Assembly (NCBI GenBank): GCA_951406725.2
Contig: OX597839.1
Location: 31,806,001 to 31,870,000, forward strand
Direction of reading: 5' to 3'
DNA: 64,000 nt
Origin: Octopus vulgaris
Lineage: Eukaryota
Shown: in pieces, positions 52,863-64,000 of the stretch
Numbering within the stretch: the first letter of the stretch is position 1
Layout of the letters: each line of letters starts with the position of its first letter
Notes under the pieces: generated by a model
Databases searched by the model: none
Told to the model about the DNA's origin: nothing
What the model saw: the letters and a program-made list of their open reading frames with translations, nothing else
Made by a program: the position numbers and the translations under genes

Positions 52863-53077
52863 TCTTTTCTACTCTAGGCACAAGGTCCGAAATTTTAGGG
52901 GAGGGGGCCAGTCGATTAGATCGACCTCAGTATGCAGCTGATACTTAATTTATCGACCCCGAAAGGATGAAAGGCAAAGTCAACCTTGGCGGAATTTGAA
53001 CTCAGAATGTAAAGACAGATGAAATACTGCTAAGCATTTCGCCTGGCGTGCTAACGTTTCTGCCAGTTCGCCGCCTT
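52863..53077 (-). mobile_element. Full-length Meta-like SINE (tail variant A), followed by a CORE-like SINE head at 53095-53220
   Basis: Reverse complement of the 34590 and 36176 copies. Confidence 0.9.
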
Positions 53078-54410
53078 TTAGACTGGCCACCATATCCACT
53101 CACAAAACTTTGGTTGGCCCACAGTTACAGTAGAAGACACTTGCCCAAGGTATCACGCAGTGGAACTGAACCGAAGACCACATGTTTTGGAAGCAAGCTT
53201 CTCAACCATACAGCCTAACCTGTGACTATTCTTTTAGTTTGACAAATTCTTCTAACAGTTTTGCAGTTACTTTTGTCTTCTGTAAATATAATTTACTTTG
53301 ACAAAGAAGCGCCAATTATCCTTCGAGCAATGTAGATAGCTTCATGTGGCCAATGTTCATTTAAAATATTTTACAATCATTGGTTGAAAGAATAAATGAT
53401 TTAGGTCTGAGTAATTGACTAAAATATTTACATCTCTCACTCTCTAACCCCTCTTTGTCTCCCTCCTTCTTTCTCTCTCCTTGCTTCCTCTTCTCAATTA
53501 GTGGTTAATGGAAAAAAAGTTAATTTATGGATGTTAATTTATTGAAATGTCTGATCAAGTCACCAATAATTAAAAAAAAAAAATACAGTGCAAACCCTTG
53601 CATTAGAAATATGTTAAAAGATGGCTTTCACAACTCTCAACAATTTTTCGAAACTAGCAATAAATGTTTAAATAAAGCTCTTTGAAAGGAATAATAAAAA
53701 TACAAAATCTGAAACTGAAGAACTAAAAAAAAAAAAAACAACAGAATTTCCAGATCTCATTGACAAGGTTAAAATGTTGAATTGATTTCCATCATTTGTA
53801 GCAGAAAATATGTAATTAGCCAATCAATTATTTAAAGAATATAATCAAAAGATTTTCTTTCCATTTGTTTAATTCTTTTAAAAACTACACACTGTAAATA
53901 TTAAAAAAAACAAAATTACCTAAAAAAAAAATATTTCACATTAATCAATAGCAAAAATATTTTAAATTGTGGTTTGCTTTTCATTGAAATACTTTAGGAA
54001 AAATTACTAAAAGCATTGAGCAATTGTTTAGTAAGGAATTTAATATCCCTTTAACTAGTTATTGATTGCCAGTAACAAAAGATTTAACAGTCATGGAACA
54101 TTGGTGTAACACTGCCACATGGGTCACAAAACTTTTTTAATTGACCTCATCGTTACAAACTGCAAAACTAATATTCACCAAGATGTCATACTATTTTAGA
54201 AACGTTCTAATTAGGCAAAACATAATGACAGCAACGAAGGGAAGGCAAGGATATTATTTATTAATGATCCCTGTCTAATGAAGTCAAAAAGTTTTGTTTT
54301 TGTTTATTGTTCATTAGTGGTAAGCTAAAGATAGGAGCAGAATACCTTTCTGTTTTAATCCTTCGCTTGTCCAAAGTATTTTCATAAATTTGTCCAACAA
54401 GTCCATGCTT

Positions 54411-55535
54411 TTCTATATTTAAGAGATGAGGAATTATTTACATTATTTACATTATTTACATCCGACGGATATTTGTCCTCATCTTGCTTGTTGTTAACAC
54501 AATGTTTCAGTTGATAAACTTTTGGGGTATACTACCCCAAAAGTATACTATCCACTCCAGTTATGAAGAATAGAGAGGATGAGGCCAATAAACTGTCCAC
54601 AGTCTGTCTACCCTATGGGAAAGGCCTCTCCGAAAAGATACAAAAGATATGCGGCCCCTATGACATCAGGACAGTATTCAAGAGTAATTCAACACTTTGC
54701 AAATATCTCCTTCGAGAAAAACCACCAATAGAAGAGAATATTACCAAAGACTGCGTGTACTCCATCCCATGCAGCTGTGGTAGGTTATACAAAGGAGAAA
54801 CATGTTGCCCCCTCAAAATAAGGGTAGAGGAACATCTCAAAGCTGTGACACGGGGAGATATTGATAAATCGGGTATAGCTAATCATGTATGGGAAAATGG
54901 AGACCACCTCCCCCTGTGGGATGAAGTTAAAATAATAGACAGAGAACACCATTGGAAAATACGAAAACTAAAAGAAGCAGCACATATGCTAGGACACAAC
55001 AACCTAAGCAGAGTGCAGATATGAGTGGCATATGGGAACCAGTATTAGGGAAGGATAGGAAAATATTAGATTTATAAATATTAATTCACTCCATAATTGC
55101 CCATGGGCATATGGTGTAGTGGTTAAGAGCAGGGGCTACCAACCCCAAGATTCCGAGTTTGATTTCAAGCAGTGACCTGAACAACAACAACAACAATAAT
55201 AAAAATAATAATGATAATAATTGCACTACTGGACACTGTACACATCCTACGCAAAACACTTTCAATACAGTAACCATCAGAGCACCACAACAAACCACAG
55301 CACATACCCCAAGGCACACAGAGCTACGCTCGGTAGTTCAGTGAAAGCACATGCCAAAAGTAAAACTACTGAATAATAATAATAACAACAACATTGAAAA
55401 ATACCTTAGGAATGAGAACCCAGGTTCGAAATTTCCCCAAGACACCTGAAGAAGGCTGGAGAGTATATTAGTTGGAACGTATTAACAACAAACAAGATGA
55501 GGATAAATATCCGGCTAATGTAAATAATATAAATA
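54411..55535 (+). mobile_element. 5'-truncated Penelope-like retroelement with inverted terminal segment and 12-bp TSD
   Basis: GIY-YIG ORF; ~54430-54520 is an inverted copy of ~55460-55535; TSD aagtccatgctt at 54399-54410 and 55536-55547. Confidence 0.9.
54563..55024 (+). CDS. GIY-YIG endonuclease domain of a Penelope-like element (truncated)
   Basis: LPY, CVYSIPCSCGRLYKGET, RVEEH, SGIANH and RKLKEA motifs. Confidence 0.9.
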   Translation: MKNREDEANKLSTVCLPYGKGLSEKIQKICGPYDIRTVFKSNSTLCKYLLREKPPIEENITKDCVYSIPCSCGRLYKGETCCPLKIRVEEHLKAVTRGDIDKSGIANHVWENGDHLPLWDEVKIIDREHHWKIRKLKEAAHMLGHNNLSRVQI

Positions 55536-55547
55536 AAGTCCATGCTT

Positions 55548-55950
55548 GTCTTCAGACTTCTGGTTAATCCTCATTTCATACATTCTGAGCTTTCATTTCA
55601 TGAGTTCCAGGTTATTCTGGTGGTTGAAAAAAGTTGTGAAATATGTGCATAGACACCAGGGAAATATGTTTGCAGACTTTTAGTTAGCCTTTGTTTCATA
55701 CATTCTGATTGATGTAAAGCTTTCCTTCTGTAAGTCCAAAGTTACTCTGGTGGTTGGAAAAAACTTGGAACGTGTCTCATATATGATGCATGGACATCAG
55801 GGAAATATGATTTCAGACTTTTAGTTAGCCTTTGTTCAGAGTATTATAAAGCTTTCATTTCATAAGTCCCAAGTCACTATGGCAGTTGAAGGAAAAAACT
55901 GCAAATATGTATCATATATATGAAGCACAGACACCAGATAAATATGCCTT
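55548..55950. repeat. Degenerate tandem triplication, ~120-140-bp unit
   Basis: cagactt...gttag...gcttt...tggttgaaa...gacaccagggaaatatg recurs from ~55551, 55672 and 55812. Confidence 0.8.
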
Positions 55951-56677
55951 GTGTGTCACATGTGATACACAAGAGAGGTAAAGTGTTAGAATTCATTCAA
56001 ATTGACTTGAAGTTAACTATTGACATCAAGATGTATGAAAAGCTAACGTGAGTTTACAAACACCAGACAGTGAATAAGATAGAGTAACATTCCAATTCAG
56101 GCATCAGTCTATCCAACGGACAAACCTTTCCCATCATTGCAAAACCCTTCTTTGAATTGACACATAATACAAAGATATAAAGCGATAAATATCAGATTTC
56201 CTGGCAACAAGGATGCTGTTTTTATCCTAAAATAAACCTTGAGAATTCCTTGTATCCTAGAGGACGAAGGTTATGTTTTTCATGAGCCTATTTTGACCCT
56301 GGAGGATGGTAATCTATGCTAAACTAACTGTGTTCCGAATCTGTAAAAGTAAAACATGCAAGCCCCACAGGATCTCTACGTGACAGAGATATATTGGGAA
56401 AGGAGATGAAAATAAATGCTGAAGGGTCTTCTTTTTATGTTTGTCTTTTTTGCTCTAGAAATGTTCAAGTCAAAATTAGGACACATCATCAAGATCGGAG
56501 TGTCCTTGATGCAGAAAAACATAGGAGTGTTATTAGTAAGTCTTAAATATATCTTGTTCAATTGTCCACAATTTCAACATAATGTCACAACATGATGTTT
56601 TATTCTTGATCTGTTATTACAAATATATTCTTTAAATATTGGAGCAGTAAAGAAATGGAAATGAGCCGCCTTACACT

Positions 56678-56910
56678 TCATCATCCTCATTATTTAAGGT
56701 CCGCTCTCCATGCTGGCATGGTTAAACAGTTTGATTGGAACTGGTAAGCCAGAGAGCTGCACCAGGCTGCAGGCGTCTGGTTTGGCATGGTTACTATGGC
56801 TGGATGTCCTTCCTAATGCCAACCACTCCAAGAGTGTAATGGGTGCATAAATGGGTGAACCCATTACACTCTTGGAGTTAGGAAGGGCATCCAGCCATAG
56901 AAACCATGAG
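56678..56910 (-). mobile_element. (TGA)n-tail SINE fragment with fold-back end
   Basis: ggatgtccttcctaa...ctccaagagtgtaatggg versus cccattacactcttggagttaggaagggcatcc. Confidence 0.85.
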
Positions 56911-56983
56911 GTTTGTGTCATTAAAACAACAAAGACGATATTTCAAGTAAATTTGATTTTTATCACTATACTGTCACAAACAG

Positions 56984-57385
56984 CAAAATCTTCTAATGAA
57001 GAACACAGGGTGGATTATTGGGAGCTATGATGTTAATTCTCTTTGTTCAGGTCCTTCAATGCAGATCATTCAGAGAGGGGAAGAAACAAGCTCAGTTATT
57101 AGTATTTTATTTGTCAATGTTGAAAGTCTGAAATGCAAGGTCAGCTCGCAGAGGTCTTCAATTCAGAGGCAGAGAGCTGGGACCAATGCCACAAGGCAAT
57201 CCGTCTGCCATTCTAACACCTCGGTAATTTTGCTGTCTGCACACAACTCTTCATCCAAACTATTTTACAAAAACCTTGGCCTGTGGGATGTTCCTTTAAC
57301 CAACTGCTCACTGGAGAATATAACTATTTCATTATCTTTCAACATTATCACTCCCTTCAGTGGTGCCAAGCAGCATTTAAACTAA
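56984..57385 (+). CDS. Longest non-repetitive open frame (~133 codons); candidate exon(s) of an unknown, possibly extracellular protein
   Basis: Acceptors acaaacag (56983) and ttctctttgttcag (57050); donors gtcagc (57140) and gtaatt (57224); sequons NAT, NTS, NSS, NCS, NIT. Confidence 0.4.
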   Translation, partial: QNLLMKNTGWIIGSYDVNSLCSGPSMQIIQRGEETSSVISILFVNVESLKCKVSSQRSSIQRQRAGTNATRQSVCHSNTSVILLSAHNSSSKLFYKNLGLWDVPLTNCSLENITISLSFNIITPFSGAKQHLN

Positions 57386-57456
57386 CAGAAAATGTCTAAG
57401 AACTTTTGGCTTCACATCTATCTATACATACATACATACATATATATCTATATATA

Positions 57457-57496
<40 letters not shown>

Positions 57497-57502
57497 ATAT
57501 AC

Positions 57503-57545
<43 letters not shown>

Positions 57546-58209
57546 CATATATATATACATATATATATATATATATGTATATATATACATACATATATAT
57601 CTATATATAATGTATATATATATATATATATATATAAATTTAATTTCATGTTGGCAAGGGTTATTAAAAAAATAGGAATGGTATTATGAATTGCCAGCAA
57701 CTTTGCTGATCTGTATAATAGAAAACCATAATAATTAAAACAAATACATAAATAAGAATTAAAGACCACCTTTCACACAATAAATATGTTCTGATACAAA
57801 GTGTAAATACAATGGCCAAGATGTCAACATCGTCAGTTGTAACAATTCCTAAATGTTGGCTTTTGATCAGCTTTTCAACTCATTCATTTCTAGCTTCAAG
57901 TGTTCTTGTACTGACTCAACTGGCAAATTAAAGGAATAACTCAGAGTTAAGCACCAAGAACTGATAAAACAAAGAAAAAAAAATATCACTGACATTTCAA
58001 GAAGCATTTTTTAAGGACTTTTCACTTCAAAGACAAGAATACCATCTCAAAGGGGCCACCATCCTATTAGCAATCTAGAGATAAAGCATTCGTTAATGGG
58101 AAAAGTTCAACCTTATTCCTGCAAACCACCACAGCTGCTGCCAAGAGTTAGCTTTCATCTGAGTGGTTTAATTAAGTCTGATATCTATGTGTGTGTTTGT
58201 GCATGTGAA

Positions 58210-58470
58210 GATGCATGGCCCAGTGGTTAGAGTGTCTAGCTCACAATCATGGCGTAGTGAGTTTGATTCCATGACTAGGCTGTGCGCTGTGTTTTTGAGC
58301 AAGACACTTTATTTCAAGTTGCTCCATTTCACTCAGCAAAGTTCAGCAAGAGACCAATAAGATAGGTACCATGCTTAAAAAAAATGTCCCGCAGTCAATT
58401 CCTTTGTTTCAAAATTCTTCAAGGTGGTGCCCCAGCATGGCCACAGTCAAATGACTGAAACGAGTAGAAA
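58210..58470 (+). mobile_element. Chimeric SINE: same alternative head as 17148 plus main-family tail, followed by (GATA)n
   Basis: tggcccagtggttagag...gtttttgagcaagacact...cactcagc, then ggtgccccagcatggccacagtc. Confidence 0.8.
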
Positions 58471-58482
58471 GGTAGGTAGATG

Positions 58483-58548
<66 letters not shown>

Positions 58549-59079
58549 AGCATAGACATGGATGGATGGATGGATAGATAGATAGAAGATAGAAGATAGA
58601 CATGAATGGATAGACCGATCAATCGATTGATCAATAGATAGATAGGTAGATAGACTGATCGAGAGACAGACATACAGACAGAAAGATAGATAGATGGGTG
58701 GATAGAGAGAGAGAGAGAGAGAGATAAAATATATCTTCTGTTTTTAACCTACATAAAGAGACAAAGGATGGTTTCCTGTTTTTATATGCTTCACTTAACA
58801 GCCACTCATAAAAAGCCCCAATCTGAAAATTCTTCATTGCATGAATTACAGTTTGACAAAATTATTGATTTAGTTTGAATTAAAAATGGATTTACTGGAT
58901 TCATCCACGAATATGTTGATATGGAATAAAAATTTCTTTGTGAACACAAATACAACACTAGAGTTTTCTAGTTAAAAAACAGAAAACCATTTGAAATCTA
59001 CAAGCACAAATATAGAAATATATATATTATCAAAAAAGCATTTTATATTATGATACATAATATTATATAATGATATTAC

Positions 59080-59132
<53 letters not shown>

Positions 59133-59133
<1 letters not shown>

Positions 59134-59325
59134 GCTTCAAATTTTGGCAGAAGGCCAGCAAGTTGTGGGAAGTGGGTAAGTTGATTACATCAACCCCAGT
59201 GTTCAGTTGGTACTTATTTTATCAACCCCCAAAAGGCGAAGTCGACCTCAGTGGAATTTGAACTGATGAAATGCTGTTAAACATTCTTCCCACTATGCTA
59301 ACAATTCTGCCAGGTTCACTGCCTT
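59133..59325 (-). mobile_element. Degraded Meta-like SINE after (AAT)n; second fragment at ~59480-59602
   Basis: gtcgacctcagtggaatttgaac and ggatgaaaggcaaagtcgacctcggc. Confidence 0.75.
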
Positions 59326-59334
59326 AAATAATAA

Positions 59335-59445
59335 TAAAAAATCCTGTGGGATGCAATGATTCTGTGTGACCATCAACTCAGACATTGGAAACCTGACATT
59401 GTTGTGGTGAATAAGAAAAAGGAAAAAACTTTCATGATAATCTTC
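59335..59445 (+). mobile_element. Short R4/Dong-type restriction-like endonuclease fragment
   Basis: KILWDAMILCDHQLRHWKPDIVVVNKK. Confidence 0.7.
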
Positions 59446-59611
59446 CAGGGACATTCTTTCACTTTTGAAGCACCCATACCACCCCAAAAGGATGAAAGGC
59501 AAAGTCGACCTCGGCAGAATTTGAACTCACAATGTAACGACAGACATAATACCACTAAGGATTTTGCCCAGCATGCTAACAATTTTGCCAGCTCACTACC
59601 TTAATAATAAT

Positions 59612-60280
59612 ATTGGTTAATATGTCAGCATTATAAAATCAAAACTGCTGACAAATGGTATAAGCACCACACTGAGGCAGTAACTGAGAGAGAAAATGTA
59701 ACGGTACTTTGGGACTTTCCAGTACATACAGACAGAACCATCAAAACTGATAAACCAGATATTGTAATGACAAACCAAAACGGTAAAGTCTGTTTATTGA
59801 TTGACATGAGCATTCCTTGTGATCATAGTATCTTGGCAAAAGAATTTGACAAGCTCAGAAAATATAAAGATTTGTTCATTGAGATCAAAAAACTGTGGCA
59901 TCCCAAGACAGTTACAATACCAGTGGTTATAGAAGCACTTGGAATGATCAAAAAAAAGGGACGGATAACTATTAGAGAATGACCCTTGGCAAGAAGTGCA
60001 AAAGAAATAATTTTAACTGGTATATCACACATATTGAGAAGAGCATTGTTGCTGTGGATTTTCTTTCTCCTCCCCCACTTTTCTTTTTGTTTTCGTTTTT
60101 TTCATTCTCTTTTTTCTATTTTCCATTTTTTCCTTTATTCTTTCTTTTCCCCCATTTTTTTTTCAATCACATAACCTGACTTTGTAAATGAACAATCTGG
60201 TGTGTTTATTGTAATGGCCTACCAATGTATACAGTAAGTTTCTTTGCCCTAGGCGTTGGGAAGACAGCAAGAAAAGGAAA
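59612..60280 (+). mobile_element. R4/Dong-clade non-LTR retrotransposon 3' end (restriction-like endonuclease plus 3' UTR) in (TAA)n
   Basis: KWYKHH...VLWDFPVHTDRTIKTDKPDIV...LIDMSIP...KEFDKLRKYKDL...IPVVIEALG...HILRRAL; TAA repeats at both ends. Confidence 0.88.
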
Positions 60281-62625
60281 TAATAATTAATAATAATAAT
60301 AATAATAAAAATAATAATAATATGCAATATATAATTCAAACTGTAAATATTTTTAAAACAAGAATTCATAGTCCTTCCAACTTATTTGAATGTTATCTAA
60401 AAATATTTAAATAGCAATTGTTAATAAGTTATTTTCATAGGCAGGAGAATGAAGGGCTACTTGCCCTCAGATAAGTGACTAATATATACCAGAAAATCAC
60501 AATTTGATTGCTGTAGATATTCTTTTAATTTTCAACTCCAAGCTATATAGGCTTCCTCTGAGTTAAAGTGACCCTCTAACACTTGAGGCAACCCAAGACG
60601 GGCCATGGCCTATATCAGCCCATACATAAACTTGGCCCTACCTATGGTCAAAGGCCTCATTCAACTCATGACCATTCTGCCTTTGTCATTCTAGACTCGT
60701 CATTCCTTTTTGTACAATGGTTAGCATTATTCAAGAAAGAGAGATTTGGTTGTTATTTCTAGCAGTCAAGTGACTATGTAAAGGTTGGCTTGTAAAAGTG
60801 GTGTAACATTATTTTTTTGTAACAAATTTTTATATTCACAGATAAATTATCGGAGCATCTGTATTTACAACCTTTTCCACCTCTTAATTGCTCAACCGTG
60901 AAAGCAGAGAATTAATTCATTTCTGTTCTACACTTGTCTCAGGTAGATAGAGTAATATGCCCTGTCTTCATTCACAAAGCTGCTCTGTATACAGCAATGT
61001 TTGAACTGATGACCTGGTGATGATGCTGTCAGGCCTAAATACATTAATCTATTTGCTTCAGTAAAAATACATAAAAAACATCTCTCGATTCCCCTGGTGA
61101 AGCAAGATGAATATATATAAGCTGTTAACTGGCATTATAGAGGAGAGCATACCACATTAAGTTAGGAAACAAAAAAAACCCCAGAAGAAAGAAAACAACA
61201 GGGACTGCTTACTTATATTGATTCAGCAGTATAAAGTCCCACACCTGTTGTGGTATTAAAGGGAGAGCGGGGTTGAGGTAGGGGTCTACAGTGGTGGGTG
61301 TGTTTGCTTTTGCTTGCTTTTTTTTTTTTTTTTTCGAGTAAGAAAGTGCTTTGTAGTCTTGCATGAGAGAGGATTATAAAAGGAGGAAAACTATGTGATC
61401 ACTGGAAATGAAAACTGAATTGATGGAACCTTTTTTGTAATGGTAGATTAAGCTATGAGTAAAACTAGACAAAAGACTTTAGTGGAGACTCAGGGGAACA
61501 AACAGGCTATATTGTCAGAGTTGATGAAGTTGAAGGAAACACATTTGGAAATGGTCCATAAAGTGGAGTTGCAGTTTAGTCAAGATCAAAAATTAGAAAG
61601 GCTACAAGCATGTAAACGTGTGTGTGTGTGTGTGTGTGTCCGTGTGGTGAGCTATTGTATGTGCGTAGTCAGAGTGTGTATGCAAACATGTACACCTCCA
61701 CAAACATAATTCTCCTGAAAACTGAAACCTTGTCATGTTTTAATCAAGATGAAGGAAAAAACAATAACAACAACTACAATACTAGATGTGTTTCCTTGAT
61801 AAACACAACTTCATCGACAAATCAAACTGAATCAATGGCGCTAGAGTTAAACTAGTTGGCAACAAATCTTTCTAACTGACAAAAAAAATGATTGAATTCT
61901 ATGTGTATATATCTATCTATCTATCTACATATATATATATGTATACACACACACACATATATATATATATAAACATATATCTGAATGAGTAAGGGAGCTA
62001 GAGGGATATAGAGAGAGCTGATATAGAGGTAGTATGCAAGTGTGTGTGTGTGTGTGTGAAAGAGAGAGAGTGAGTAATATTGTTGTGACAAGAAATAGTG
62101 AGTATGGAACTTTTCCTTTGTCTAAAACTTTCAACTCCAGTATTCAAAACACAAGTGTAAAATATGTCAGTATATACATCGCAGACGGCAGGCTGCCAGC
62201 TTTCAATTAAAATGTCCCACAATGCACCTGAACATGAAGTGACAATAATGATTTGAAAGCAGTCATCAGAGCCATAAAAATTTAGTCAATCTACTGTTTT
62301 TTGGGTCCTTGTTGAGTTCACCAAACACGAAGAGGAATATATTTTGAAATCAGCAAATAACTGTAGAAGCTTCCAACACCTGAACACAGACAGAATAGGA
62401 AATCTCAAGTACTTATCTCTAATGACAAACAATTAATGGTGAGAGTTAAACTATGAAAGAAGATCTCTGATGTCAATATGAGGTAATCAAATAAACACTC
62501 AGTAAGTTTTTGTATCAGAAGGATGGTAGAACTAGGGTTTCAATTCCAAGCAAGGGATACATTCAAATTTCTAACGTCTTCCACATAATATGCCAACTTC
62601 TTGGATCTGACAGTGCCATAATTAA

Positions 62626-62846
62626 CCCTTTAGTGTTTGCATTATTATACCAAAATTAATCCTTTTTTATCCACATTGCCTTAAACTAATCATGCATTAT
62701 CTTGTAGCTATGAGATTCTAATGAGGTAGCTGTTAATTTTTAAAATGATATTGTAGGGTTGGTGTGAGAGACCAGATCTGTCCAGTTTCAACATAAAACA
62801 GGCAGAATACTTTTGGCCGGATATGGTCGGTTTAAATGCTAAAGGG
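62626..62846 (-). mobile_element. piggyBac-type MITE, opposite orientation to 27237
   Basis: TTAA-ccctttag ... ctaaaggg-TTAA; body is the reverse complement of 27237-27457. Confidence 0.85.
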
Positions 62847-63423
62847 TTAAGTCACTCCAGGATAACATATAATTTTACGTAAACCTGTGATTCCAGTAGA
62901 AAATGACATAACAGTACATCAAATAGGAACATCTGTAGCTGTGATATTTTCCCTAGGTAGGTGTCAAATGTCATAACTGCACAGTGTTAATTCCATATAC
63001 CAATGAAGGCTCTTATCTTTCATTGTTTTTTTTTTAATTTTTGCCTCTACCTTTGTGAGAAAATATGAATGCAGCTGTTTATCAGTGATCAGTGTGTCAT
63101 GTTGTCAAATAAAAAAGCCCCGAAGTTTCTGTTTTAGTTATAGCTTCCTAGGTGAGAAAGAATGGTTGAAGTTCTAGTCTCAGAAGCATTAGTTTCAGTA
63201 TGTTATGGAACTTCAGGGACCAGACAGAGAAAGATGGAGGGCGACACAGAATATAGACATGGTATGGGCCAGCACAAACAGAGCATCTTTGCATCGAAGT
63301 TCATTTGTTCATGACAGCAGCAGTCTACCCACTCACTCCTAAAAGAGCAGGAGTCTGTTTTGTTATAGATTCATTTAGGGTTCTGAGAGGGGGGAGGCGA
63401 GGGTAGACTTTTACTTAACCTCT

Positions 63424-63593
63424 GCAGGCATGGTTGTGTGGTATGAAGTTTGCTTCCCAACCACATGGCTCCATGTTCAGTCTCACCGTGTGGCACTTTG
63501 GCCAAGTGTCTTCTGCTATAGCCTCAAGTCGATCAAAGCCTTGTGAGTGGATTTGGCAGAGAGGAACTGAAAGAAGCCCATCATGTGAGTATA

Positions 63594-63639
<46 letters not shown>

Positions 63640-63861
63640 TACTTGTGTATTTGCATCTGCGTTTGTCCCCCACCACTGCTTGACAACCGTTGTTGGTGTG
63701 TTTATGTCCTTGTAACATACCAGTTCAGCAAAAGAGAGCAACAATAAGTACCAATCTTAAAAAAAAAAGTACTGGAGTCAATTCATTTGACTAAAATTCT
63801 TCAAGGCAGTACTCCAGCATGGCCACAGTCTAATAACTGAAATGAACGACAGATAAAAGAT
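63424..63861 (+). mobile_element. Full-length CORE-like SINE
   Basis: gcaggcatggttgtgtggtatgaagtttgcttcccaaccacatgg...ccagcatggccacagtctaa. Confidence 0.9.
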
Positions 63862-64000
63862 CCCCCAGAGCAGTTTCCAAAGCATAAAGTCTGGATGTTT
63901 AACCATTTCTTAAAGGGTCTTTGTCAAATATTACCAGGGAAGATCCCCAAAATAACGAATCTCCAATGATTTCTTCTCAATTACTCATCAGCAGTTACAG

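Overview
AT-rich, microsatellite-saturated eukaryotic DNA. The SINE families, (CA)n/(TA)n/(AAT)n load and LINE types point to an octopod cephalopod genome (inference). Nearly all ORFs in the supplied track are microsatellite or SINE artefacts. Well-supported content: at least four SINE families in many copies (several with target-site duplications); RTE LINE fragments, two of them young and TSD-flanked inside SINEs; a TSD-flanked Penelope-like element (GIY-YIG ORF, inverted terminus, tRNA-like head, hammerhead relic); other minimal hammerhead-like motifs; an R4/Dong-type LINE 3' end in (TAA)n; a non-autonomous Helitron; piggyBac-, Tigger- and hAT-type MITEs; long palindromes; and dimeric minisatellites. 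Between the repeats, several unique + strand segments have plausible splice sites and compatible phases. Some are fully open and others carry one in-frame stop, suggesting an unidentified multi-exon gene or decaying pseudogene. I could not name the protein and this model is tentative.
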